From Candidatus Saccharimonas aalborgensis (GTDB lineage Bacteria > Patescibacteriota > Saccharimonadia > Saccharimonadales > Saccharimonadaceae): a stretch of 32,000 bases of DNA. The notes under the pieces are model-generated. The model saw nothing but the letters and a program-made list of their open reading frames with translations. It was not told where the DNA came from and did no database searches. Location: positions 750,001-782,000 of the forward strand of contig NC_021219.1 in NCBI RefSeq assembly GCF_000392435.1. The letters are read 5' to 3'. Shown here in pieces: positions 17,356 through 24,930 of this stretch. Within the stretch, counting starts at the first letter, position 1. Every line of letters starts with the position of its first letter. Made by a program: the position numbers and the translations under genes.

Positions 17356-18332
17356 GCCGTTCTAGTACGAATGCTAAGGCATTGGCTGGTCAGAAACGGC
17401 ACCGCAGGCAGTGGCTTACTTTTGTGCGAATGTGCCGCTACGGTATCAATAACTTTAGTCGTAATGCCTGGCTCACCATCGCTGCTACCGCGGTGATGAC
17501 TATCACGCTCGTCATTATTTTTATCACCGTTGCTGCTCAAAACATTCTGTCTGATACAACAGATGTCATTGGTCGTCGTTTGCCGCGCTCCATTTTCTTG
17601 AAGCCAGACACCACAAAGGAACAGGCTCAGCCGATTGTTGATCAGTTGAGTAGCCTCGCAAACGTCGAAAGCGTCGCCTATAGTAGTTCCGAGGAAAACC
17701 GTGCACAGTTCGCGGTTGACAACAAAACTGACCAAAATACCCTCAATGCACTTACTGAGGCAAGCAATCGTATACCAGCAAAACTAAGTATCAATCTCAA
17801 GGATGTCAACAACACCAGTCAGCTTATATCATTTGTGAATGACAACGAGACACTAAAAAAATACATTGATCCGATTCGCAAGCCAACCTTTATGGGTGAT
17901 CGGCGAGCACCGACAGAGACGATAGCGAGCTGGACTCAATTTGCCCAAAAATTAGGCATCATCGCCAGCGTCGTTTTCGTCAGTATTTCGTCATTGATCA
18001 TCTTTAACACCATTAGGATGGCTATCTTTAATCGCAAAGAGGAAATACAGATGATGAAACTCATTGGTGCAGAAAAAAGCTTCATTCGCGGACCGTTTGT
18101 AGTTGAAGCAATCGTCTACGGCTTTATTGCGGCAGTGCTTGCGACAGTGCTGGGTGTCGCTATCATGTATTCTTCATCGGAATCGCTCAAGTCATATGGT
18201 GTCCCGATGCAGGGAACGGTCGACATGATGACGATGTATATCGGATTTATATTACTTGGTATGATTTTGCTCGGTGCGCTGATAGGCACAATATCATCGC
18301 TACTTGCAACTCGTCGTTACCTCAAACTCTAG
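17352..18332 (+). CDS. ftsX: Cell division permease FtsX
   Basis: Overlaps the ftsE stop. Four-TM topology with an extracytoplasmic loop; FNTIRMAIFNRKEEIQMMKLIGAEKSFIRGPFVVEAIVYG signature. Confidence 0.93.
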   Translation: MSRSSTNAKALAGQKRHRRQWLTFVRMCRYGINNFSRNAWLTIAATAVMTITLVIIFITVAAQNILSDTTDVIGRRLPRSIFLKPDTTKEQAQPIVDQLSSLANVESVAYSSSEENRAQFAVDNKTDQNTLNALTEASNRIPAKLSINLKDVNNTSQLISFVNDNETLKKYIDPIRKPTFMGDRRAPTETIASWTQFAQKLGIIASVVFVSISSLIIFNTIRMAIFNRKEEIQMMKLIGAEKSFIRGPFVVEAIVYGFIAAVLATVLGVAIMYSSSESLKSYGVPMQGTVDMMTMYIGFILLGMILLGALIGTISSLLATRRYLKL

Positions 18333-18341
18333 TGAGCTCTA

Positions 18342-18371
18342 TTGACAATATGCTTATGCTTATGGTACGAT
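18342..18371 (+). promoter_or_regulatory. Promoter TTGACA-18-TACGAT (TG-extended) for the CHAP hydrolase
   Basis: Perfect -35 at 18342-18347; -10 at 18366-18371, 7 nt before ATG 18379. Confidence 0.7.
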
Positions 18372-18378
18372 ACACATG

Positions 18379-19584
18379 ATGAAACAACGGTCCGCCACAC
18401 CAGTTCAGCGCCCCAGTATCAAAGGTCTTGCGACCAAATCTATTGTCGTGGCGACAGCCGTCTTGGTGATACTTGCCGCACCGTTGTCTATTACACAACG
18501 AGTTCATGCCGACAGCTACGATGATCAGATGCAAGCTATCAACAACCAGATACGCCAGTACCAGTCACGGGCGGATGAGCTAGGTAAGCAGGCCCAAACC
18601 CTCCAGGTAGAACTCGATCGCCTGACAAACGAGAAAAATGCGATTCAAGCACAAATCAACCTTTCTCAGGCACAATACGACAAACTTCAAAGGCAAATAA
18701 CCGACACTGAGAAAAAAATCGCTGACAACAAAGATGCGCTTGGGGAGACAATCGCAAATATGTATGTCGATAATTCGATTACACCTCTTGAGATGCTTGC
18801 TAGCAGCAAAAGTATCGGTGACTACGTCGATCAACAAGAATATCGCGCGTCAATTCGAGATACGCTCAACACTACCATCGAAGAAATAAAAGCACTCAAG
18901 ATCAAACTTGAAAAAGATAAGGCAGACGTACAAGTTGTGCTCGATCGCCAAAAAGCTCAACAAGCATCATTGGCTGCCAAAGAAGCCCAGCAGGCTCAAC
19001 TTGTTCAGCAGACTCGAAATGATGAAGCGGCATTTCAGGGGCTTGTTTCACAAAACCAGTCGCAGCTTCAAAGCATTGCCGCTCAACAGCGCGCTTACTA
19101 CGACAGTCTGCGCCAAAGTAGTGGCGGCGGAGATTCGGGTGTAATTGGTAATTTCTCTTATAGCAATTGGAGCGGAAATAGCGGCTGCGGTAGCGGTGGT
19201 TATCCGTATTGTGGCTATCAAGATTCATATTCAGACCCATGGGGACTCTACAACCGCGAATGTGTTAGCTATGTTGCTTGGGCACTCTCGGAGCGGTTTG
19301 GTAAATATGTCGGTAATTTTAGTGGTAACGGTAACGCTTATGAATGGGTATGGAGCGCACCGCGTTATAGTGGTGCCGTCAGGACGTATGATCCACAACC
19401 AGGTGACGCTGTGATCTTACCGATCGTCCCCGGACTCGCTCCAGTAGGCCATGCCATGATAGTAGAAAGTGTCTCTGGTAGTACGGTACGGGTTAGTCAG
19501 TACAACTTCTATGGAACAGGTGAATACAGCACGATGAACATTGCGACATCTGGTGTTGTGTTCTTAAGATTCCAAAACAAGTAG
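18379..19584 (+). CDS. Secreted coiled-coil CHAP-domain peptidoglycan hydrolase (PcsB-like organisation)
   Basis: TM/signal segment, about 200 aa of Gln/Lys-rich coiled coil, Gly/Ser linker, CHAP domain with catalytic-type RECVSYVAWAL and VGHAMIVESV. The track gives ATG 18376; the second ATG is preferred. Confidence 0.88.
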   Translation: MKQRSATPVQRPSIKGLATKSIVVATAVLVILAAPLSITQRVHADSYDDQMQAINNQIRQYQSRADELGKQAQTLQVELDRLTNEKNAIQAQINLSQAQYDKLQRQITDTEKKIADNKDALGETIANMYVDNSITPLEMLASSKSIGDYVDQQEYRASIRDTLNTTIEEIKALKIKLEKDKADVQVVLDRQKAQQASLAAKEAQQAQLVQQTRNDEAAFQGLVSQNQSQLQSIAAQQRAYYDSLRQSSGGGDSGVIGNFSYSNWSGNSGCGSGGYPYCGYQDSYSDPWGLYNRECVSYVAWALSERFGKYVGNFSGNGNAYEWVWSAPRYSGAVRTYDPQPGDAVILPIVPGLAPVGHAMIVESVSGSTVRVSQYNFYGTGEYSTMNIATSGVVFLRFQNK

Positions 19585-19610
19585 TAGTTTTATTATAGAT
19601 TTGATGCTTC

Positions 19611-19639
19611 TATAGCGCGGCCGCACTGGCTGCGCTATA
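19611..19639. promoter_or_regulatory. 12-bp inverted repeat / hairpin upstream of the S41 protease gene
   Basis: TATAGCGCGGCC-GCACT-GGCTGCGCTATA. Arms pair 12/12 in RNA counting one G-U; the right arm overlaps TATAAT 19636-19641. Confidence 0.75.
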
Positions 19640-19670
19640 ATGAATGACATAAACCATAAGAGGAAACGCT

Positions 19671-20900
19671 GTGCCTGATTTACAAACACCACATCATGTT
19701 GCTGTACCTCAAAATCAATCAGCTTCAGCTTCGCGAGGCGCAACAAGGGCATGGTATATCGCGATCGTGTGTGCGGTTGCAATTTCTTCATTTGTAGCGG
19801 GAACGCGCAGTGATCAACTGTGGGCTGCGATTGCCCCGGTGTTTGGCATAAAGGCATCGAGTGACACACTTGATCTTTTGAGTGTGCAGCGAACATTCCA
19901 GAAGCTAAAAGCGAATTACGACGGTACCCTCGATACAAATGCACTTATCGATGGCGCAAATAGGGGAATGGTGGCCGCTGCGGGTGACCGTTATACCGTC
20001 TTTATGGATAAATCTGAGGCCGACGCCTTCAACAAGGAACTGAGCGGTGAGGTGAGCGGCATTGGAGCCGAGATTGGTGTTCGCAGCGGGCAGCCGACCA
20101 TCTTGCGTACGCTTGCCAATTCTCCTGCCGAAAAAGCAGGCGTTCAGGCTGGTGATGTAATACTTGGAGTCAATGATCTTTCGATGCGCGGCGCGAGTGC
20201 TGCAGATGTTGCTGAGAAAGTTCGTGGTGAAGCCGATACAACCGTTAAATTGACGCTCAAGAGAGGCAACGACACGAAAGAGTTTACCATTACACGGGCA
20301 AAGGTGAGTGATCCAAGTGTGCGTACAAGTGTGAAAGACGGTGTGGGAATTATGAAGATATCACGATTTGACGATCAAACTGGCACACTTGCATCAGAGG
20401 CAGCTCGGTCGTTCAAAGATCAGAATGTCAAAGCAATTATCCTTGATCTGAGAGATGATGGCGGTGGTTATCTTGATGCTGCACGGCAAGTCGCTAGCCT
20501 ATGGCTCGACAAAAAAGTGATCGTCACAGAGCGCACCGGTGATACGGTCACTGGCACCCTCAAGGCAGACGGTTCGCCGCTATTAGGGGGTATAAAGACG
20601 GTTGTACTCGTCAATGGCGGCAGTGCGAGTGCAAGCGAAATCGTTGCAGGTGCACTGCAGGACCATAAAGCAGCGACGTTGATCGGAGAAAAAACCTTTG
20701 GTAAAGGCACTGTCCAGAAAGTGATCGAATTGCCCGGAGGACGGATTCTTAAAGTAACTGTCGCGAGGTGGTACACGCCAAATGGCAAGAACATTACAAA
20801 AGAGGGCATTACGCCAGATATGTCAGTAGTGTTGACTTCAACTGATATGGATGCCGGCCGCGACCCACAAATGGACGCCGCTCTGGCAGCAGTAAAATAA
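19671..20900 (+). CDS. S41-family C-terminal processing peptidase with PDZ domain
   Basis: N-terminal TM segment, PDZ (GDVILGVNDLSMRGASAADV), DLRDDGGGYLDAA, catalytic-Ser region NGGSASASEIVAGAL, GEKTFGKGTVQ. GTG start with SD AGAGG. Confidence 0.93.
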   Translation: MPDLQTPHHVAVPQNQSASASRGATRAWYIAIVCAVAISSFVAGTRSDQLWAAIAPVFGIKASSDTLDLLSVQRTFQKLKANYDGTLDTNALIDGANRGMVAAAGDRYTVFMDKSEADAFNKELSGEVSGIGAEIGVRSGQPTILRTLANSPAEKAGVQAGDVILGVNDLSMRGASAADVAEKVRGEADTTVKLTLKRGNDTKEFTITRAKVSDPSVRTSVKDGVGIMKISRFDDQTGTLASEAARSFKDQNVKAIILDLRDDGGGYLDAARQVASLWLDKKVIVTERTGDTVTGTLKADGSPLLGGIKTVVLVNGGSASASEIVAGALQDHKAATLIGEKTFGKGTVQKVIELPGGRILKVTVARWYTPNGKNITKEGITPDMSVVLTSTDMDAGRDPQMDAALAAVK

Positions 20901-20963
20901 TCTATACAGCGAATATACAAGAGTGCTTGTGCTTTTGAATCTACTGAGCTACTATAAATGCAT

Positions 20964-21368
20964 ATGGACGCAGTAAAAAAGAAAATATTGCTTGTCGAAG
21001 ATGATACAGCGCTTGCCGCCGTGTATCGCTCTCGGCTTGAGCTTGAAGGATTTGAGATCAATGAAGTCAACAATGGCGAAGACGCGCTGTCAGCAGCAAT
21101 GTCTTATAAACCTGATTTGATACTGCTTGATGCCATGATGCCAAAGATCAGTGGCTTTGATGTACTCGATATCCTACGAAATACCCCCGAGACGACAAAC
21201 ATCCGCGTCATTATGTTAACAGCACTGAGCCAACCAAAAGACAAAGAACGTGCCGAGCAGCTCGGCGTTGATGATTATCTCGTGAAGTCGCAAGTCGTCA
21301 TTGGCGACGTCGTCGCGAGGGTAAAGCATCACTTGGGCATGGATCCCGGCCCTCAGCAGGCATCATAA
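20964..21368 (+). CDS. Stand-alone response-regulator receiver domain protein
   Basis: LLVEDDTALAAVY, DLILLDAMMPKISGFDVL, VIMLTA, DDYLVKS. No output domain. The track gives ATG 20958; ATG 20964 lies just after the -10. Confidence 0.88.
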   Translation: MDAVKKKILLVEDDTALAAVYRSRLELEGFEINEVNNGEDALSAAMSYKPDLILLDAMMPKISGFDVLDILRNTPETTNIRVIMLTALSQPKDKERAEQLGVDDYLVKSQVVIGDVVARVKHHLGMDPGPQQAS

Positions 21369-21398
21369 TATAAGCGCAGATTCTTAAGCAAAAGCATC

Positions 21399-21419
21399 TT
21401 GACTTTTAGTCAATTTTTT
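21399..21419 (+). terminator. Weak intrinsic-terminator-like hairpin plus T-tract after the receiver gene
   Basis: TTGACT TTT AGTCAA TTTTTT, 30 nt after the stop at 21368. The stem is only 6 bp and AT-rich. Confidence 0.4.
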
Positions 21420-21427
21420 GCTATAGT
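21399..21427 (+). promoter_or_regulatory. Promoter TTGACT-17-TATAGT for the hypothetical at 21460; the -35 is embedded in a hairpin
   Basis: -35 at 21399-21404, -10 at 21422-21427. The -35 is also the left arm of TTGACT-TTT-AGTCAA. Confidence 0.6.
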
Positions 21428-21459
21428 GGATTTACTAACGCACTGAAAGAAAAACAAAA

Positions 21460-22326
21460 ATGAGCCACCACGAACATATAGCCACTACACCACAGGATTA
21501 TCAACCACAAGATGCTGAAGTTCCGGTTGCTGACCGTGGATTTGAGCCATACCCAGAGGGTTGGGCTTGTCCAAATATGTGGGTTCCGCGAAATGTGTAT
21601 AGCCCAGATGGTGTGCTGCAGCGTGATGCTGCAGACAAGCCGGTTACGGAGCCGGAATTAGGCTGGTTTCCTAGCGGTACCTCTGTAATTAAGGGAGTGG
21701 AGTATACCCGAGTTGGAAAAAATATCTGGAATCCTAAGACCGGTCAATTTGATTCACTTTATAAAGATGTTCCTACCGCAGAGCTCCGCCACCTACAAGA
21801 AGTTATGGCCGAGAAGGAACGTGAGCAACGAGATAGGGAAATGGGCCAGGGAGCAGCAGCGCTCGCGCAGGAAACTCCAGCTCAAGTGCTCTATCGGGCA
21901 TCATGGGAAAAGCCAGTTACCGTTCCTGAGTCAGACTCATCAGAGTGGGCGCTTACACCAGAGCAAGCAGATAAGCTTCGTGCTGGTCTTGCTGCGCAAC
22001 AGCCACAGGGTATTATCGATTCCGTTCCTGATTGGGTAATGGCTCAGCCGGAAAAGCCAGTGAAACCTACCCCCGAAACACCAGAACAGCGAACGGAGCG
22101 TATCCAAAGAGAGTTGGACAAGTTGGTTGCTGGGCTGAGCGAGGCAGATAGGCGAAACCTTGAGAGATATGCAATGTATTTACACGATAAAAAAGAAGCA
22201 CAGAAGAGGGGTGACGGTGGCGGTTCGACAACCTATGGTCAAAACGCTGGTCAAGCCTACCGGGCTATGAGTCCAGAAGCACGAGCACTATCAAGTAACT
22301 ATCAGGCATTGTGGGATAGACTGTAG
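21460..22326 (+). CDS. Hypothetical soluble protein, no recognised domain
   Basis: 288-aa ORF with its own promoter; Glu/Gln/Pro-rich; contains DRGFEPYPEGWACPNMWVPRNVYSPDG and a charged C-terminal helix region. No signal peptide or TM seen. Confidence 0.75.
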   Translation: MSHHEHIATTPQDYQPQDAEVPVADRGFEPYPEGWACPNMWVPRNVYSPDGVLQRDAADKPVTEPELGWFPSGTSVIKGVEYTRVGKNIWNPKTGQFDSLYKDVPTAELRHLQEVMAEKEREQRDREMGQGAAALAQETPAQVLYRASWEKPVTVPESDSSEWALTPEQADKLRAGLAAQQPQGIIDSVPDWVMAQPEKPVKPTPETPEQRTERIQRELDKLVAGLSEADRRNLERYAMYLHDKKEAQKRGDGGGSTTYGQNAGQAYRAMSPEARALSSNYQALWDRL

Positions 22327-22353
22327 CTATAATGGCAATATAAATTCCAAATT

Positions 22354-22626
22354 CTAGCTAACAACTACTTGGGTACGAGTGTGGGTGCGGCCAGTAAATG
22401 AGCCTTTTTTGACTTTTTTGAATCCGACAACACCGTCTTGTGCTGCGTGAATGGTGAAGTTTCGGCTCGTGTAAGTACCAGGTCCGGCAATTTTTGTACT
22501 GCCTGTCTGGCGTACGAGTACTTGACCAGCGGTAACAACCTGACCGCCAAACCGTTTAACACCGAGGCGAGCACCGGCATTGTTGTGGACGTTCTTTGAT
22601 GAGCCGCCTGCTTTGACGTGTGACAT
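22354..22626 (-). CDS. rpmA: 50S ribosomal protein bL27
   Basis: MSHVKAGGSSKNVHNNAGARLGVKRFGGQVVTAGQVLVRQTGSTKIAGPG. SD TTAAGGAG 5' of the start on the minus strand. Confidence 0.93.
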   Translation of the reverse strand: MSHVKAGGSSKNVHNNAGARLGVKRFGGQVVTAGQVLVRQTGSTKIAGPGTYTSRNFTIHAAQDGVVGFKKVKKGSFTGRTHTRTQVVVS

Positions 22627-22687
22627 ATGACTCCTTAAAAACCAATATAACTAATCCGCTTTATTGTACGCCAACTGAGGTAAATAG

Positions 22688-23848
22688 TCAACCCTTTTTG
22701 AGTACTAGTAGTTGTCTAGCAACAACTTGGTCTTCACGATAGTATATGAGCTCTTCCTTGCGAACATGCTCGAGTGTCTGCTGAGAAAAACCGAGTGATG
22801 TGAGACGGCCTGTTAGGGGTAAATGGGTAAAGTGGCCGAGGCTGTCTCGCCATGCTGGGATGGCGAGACAAACAGGAGTCCCGGCAGGGATTTGAGGTGC
22901 GAGGTTCTTCAGAAATGTACTAATGATGTGATCACAATTATCGCGTACCTGAACGAGCTTGGAGGGCGAGGGTGGGGCCGAAAAGGGCTGTCCAAGGTAT
23001 GTCTCGGCAATAACTGCCGAAATCGTACCCTCCCAGATATGAGTCATGGCGTCTCCTTGGTCAAGGGTGATATCTGAGACGGTATGGTGGGTCTCGCTAA
23101 GCCATTCGAGGTTTTTCTGGGAAAACTCAATCATTTTTGGCGACAGGTCTGTGCCATAAACATCGAACCCTACGAGAGCAGCTTCTTGTAGTAATACCCC
23201 GGTGCCGCAAAATGGATCGAGCAGGCGTCCGGGGGGAGTAACGCCAGATAAGTTGACCATCATACGGGCGAGTTTTGGCGGTAACATGCCGACGAACGCA
23301 TCGCGTTTTGGGCGGCCTTGATCACGGCGGGCGAGAGCGGTGATGTTTTGGGAACCAACCGACTCGGCGATCAGTACCTTGCCATTTGCAGACCGCACGA
23401 TGAGGATTTCGATGTGGTTATCACTCAGCCCTAACTTGTTGTGGTGAGATGTTGCCGTACTGAGGGCAGGGTCGTTGTTTGGAATCAAACGCAGACTCAC
23501 ACCGTGCTTCTTTAGTTTTGCCTTGAGGACGATACCTGCCTTTTGAACATCTCGAGGCGAAACGTGAAAGCCGTAGGCACTGATTCCGAGCGTGATTTTG
23601 CCCTTATGATTCTGCCAGGCATCCACATACGCGTTGACAAGCACCGTGCTGGTTTGTCGCCAGTCGCCACGGAGTTCGGCAACGACCCGGCCGGCTTTTT
23701 GGCTGCCAGCTAATCTTTCAAAATCGAACCCAGGGTGATCGATACAGGCTGAGTTGTCCGAAAACCACTGGACGCCTGATGCTCCATAGAGTTGTTCGAG
23801 TTCTGCCATACCAAGTGCGGGTTGACGTCCGAGTATTGCGACATGCAT
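22688..23848 (-). CDS. Trm11/TrmG10-like RNA methylase-family SAM methyltransferase
   Basis: ITALARRDQGRPKRDAFVGMLPPKLARMMVNLSG...LLDPFCGTGVLLQEAALVGFDVYGTDLSPKM. Confidence 0.8.
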   Translation of the reverse strand: MHVAILGRQPALGMAELEQLYGASGVQWFSDNSACIDHPGFDFERLAGSQKAGRVVAELRGDWRQTSTVLVNAYVDAWQNHKGKITLGISAYGFHVSPRDVQKAGIVLKAKLKKHGVSLRLIPNNDPALSTATSHHNKLGLSDNHIEILIVRSANGKVLIAESVGSQNITALARRDQGRPKRDAFVGMLPPKLARMMVNLSGVTPPGRLLDPFCGTGVLLQEAALVGFDVYGTDLSPKMIEFSQKNLEWLSETHHTVSDITLDQGDAMTHIWEGTISAVIAETYLGQPFSAPPSPSKLVQVRDNCDHIISTFLKNLAPQIPAGTPVCLAIPAWRDSLGHFTHLPLTGRLTSLGFSQQTLEHVRKEELIYYREDQVVARQLLVLKKG

Positions 23849-23854
23849 GCGTAT

Positions 23855-23862
23855 AGTATACT
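23855..23862. promoter_or_regulatory. Palindromic shared -10 (AGTATACT) for the divergent methylase and flippase-like genes
   Basis: TATACT reads on both strands, 9 nt before ATG 23872 (+) and 6 nt before the minus-strand ATG at 23848. Confidence 0.6.
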
Positions 23863-23871
23863 AGATGGAGC

Positions 23872-24930
23872 ATGAAACGACCTTCTTTTCGGTTTTGGTT
23901 GAGCTTGACAACCCTCCTGCTGGTAGCAGTACTTCTGTACCTCTCTAGACATCAACTTGACCATGCATGGCACTTGGTGCGAGAGGCAAATCTGTGGCTT
24001 CTGGTGCTTATCATTCCGCTCATTGTCGCAGGAAATATCGTTGCGGGAGAAATGACGCTGTCGTATTTGCGCCAAAAACGATTGATCCAGCATATCAGTG
24101 CTTGGGAGTTGATGCGTGTTTCGATGGAGTTTAATTTTGTTAATCATGTCCTCCCAAGTGGCGGGATGAGCGGTGTCTCGTATCTCAATTGGCGTTTGAG
24201 CAAGCTCGGCGTGGCCGGTACGCAATCAACCGTCGCTCAAGCAGTCAGATTTGTGACTGGTTTTGCAGCGATAACAACACTACTGGTGGTGTCGGTATTG
24301 GCTGTCACGATTGACTCGGGTATCAACCGATGGATAATCTTGATGAGTTCGGCAATGGTATTTCTGATGTTTATTGCAACGCTGGGAGTTATTTATCTGG
24401 TAAGCAGTCCGGTGCGTATGCAGCGCTTTGCCGGATGGCTTGCGACTGCCTGCAATAAACTAGTACGGTGGGCAACGAGGGGTCGCAAGAAGGCTGTTAT
24501 TGATAGCCAGCGTCTCATGGTGATGTTTAATGATATGCATCGCGATTATGTTTCGATGATGCGAGACAAAAAGATTCTTCTGAGGCCGTACCTGTGGGGT
24601 ATGTTATTTTATGCACTTGATGTTGCTCAGTTTTATATTGCATTTTTGGCCCTTGGTGTATATGTCAATCCGGCAGCGATTTTGATCGGCTATGGTATCG
24701 CTCAGCTAGCCGCGTTTGTTGTGGTCACACCAGGAGGAGCGGGAGCATATGAGGCTCTCATGGTGTTGGTGCTTGCAACGACAGGACTCTCAGAGGGGCG
24801 TGCTATCGCCGGCATTATACTAGCACGAGTTATCATCCTCCTTATGGTGATCGGTCTTGGATACATTTTTTATCAACGGGCGCTTATCACGTATGACAAA
24901 CGAGACTCAGAATCTATCGGCGATAATTAG
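23872..24930 (+). CDS. Lysylphosphatidylglycerol synthase TM-region/flippase-like integral membrane protein (UPF0104 type)
   Basis: Multiple TM helices; EFNFVNHVLPSGGMSGVSYLNWRL; VVVTPGGAGAYEALMVLVL. Confidence 0.8.
   Translation: MKRPSFRFWLSLTTLLLVAVLLYLSRHQLDHAWHLVREANLWLLVLIIPLIVAGNIVAGEMTLSYLRQKRLIQHISAWELMRVSMEFNFVNHVLPSGGMSGVSYLNWRLSKLGVAGTQSTVAQAVRFVTGFAAITTLLVVSVLAVTIDSGINRWIILMSSAMVFLMFIATLGVIYLVSSPVRMQRFAGWLATACNKLVRWATRGRKKAVIDSQRLMVMFNDMHRDYVSMMRDKKILLRPYLWGMLFYALDVAQFYIAFLALGVYVNPAAILIGYGIAQLAAFVVVTPGGAGAYEALMVLVLATTGLSEGRAIAGIILARVIILLMVIGLGYIFYQRALITYDKRDSESIGDN

Noticed and set aside
20468-21073. 201-aa minus-strand ORF over the S41 protease gene 3' end
   Set aside because: Antisense mirror of the protease coding sequence; Ser/Ala low-complexity translation.
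23710-24225. 171-aa minus-strand ORF spanning the divergent promoter region
   Set aside because: Overlaps the start regions of two better-supported genes; no recognisable domain.
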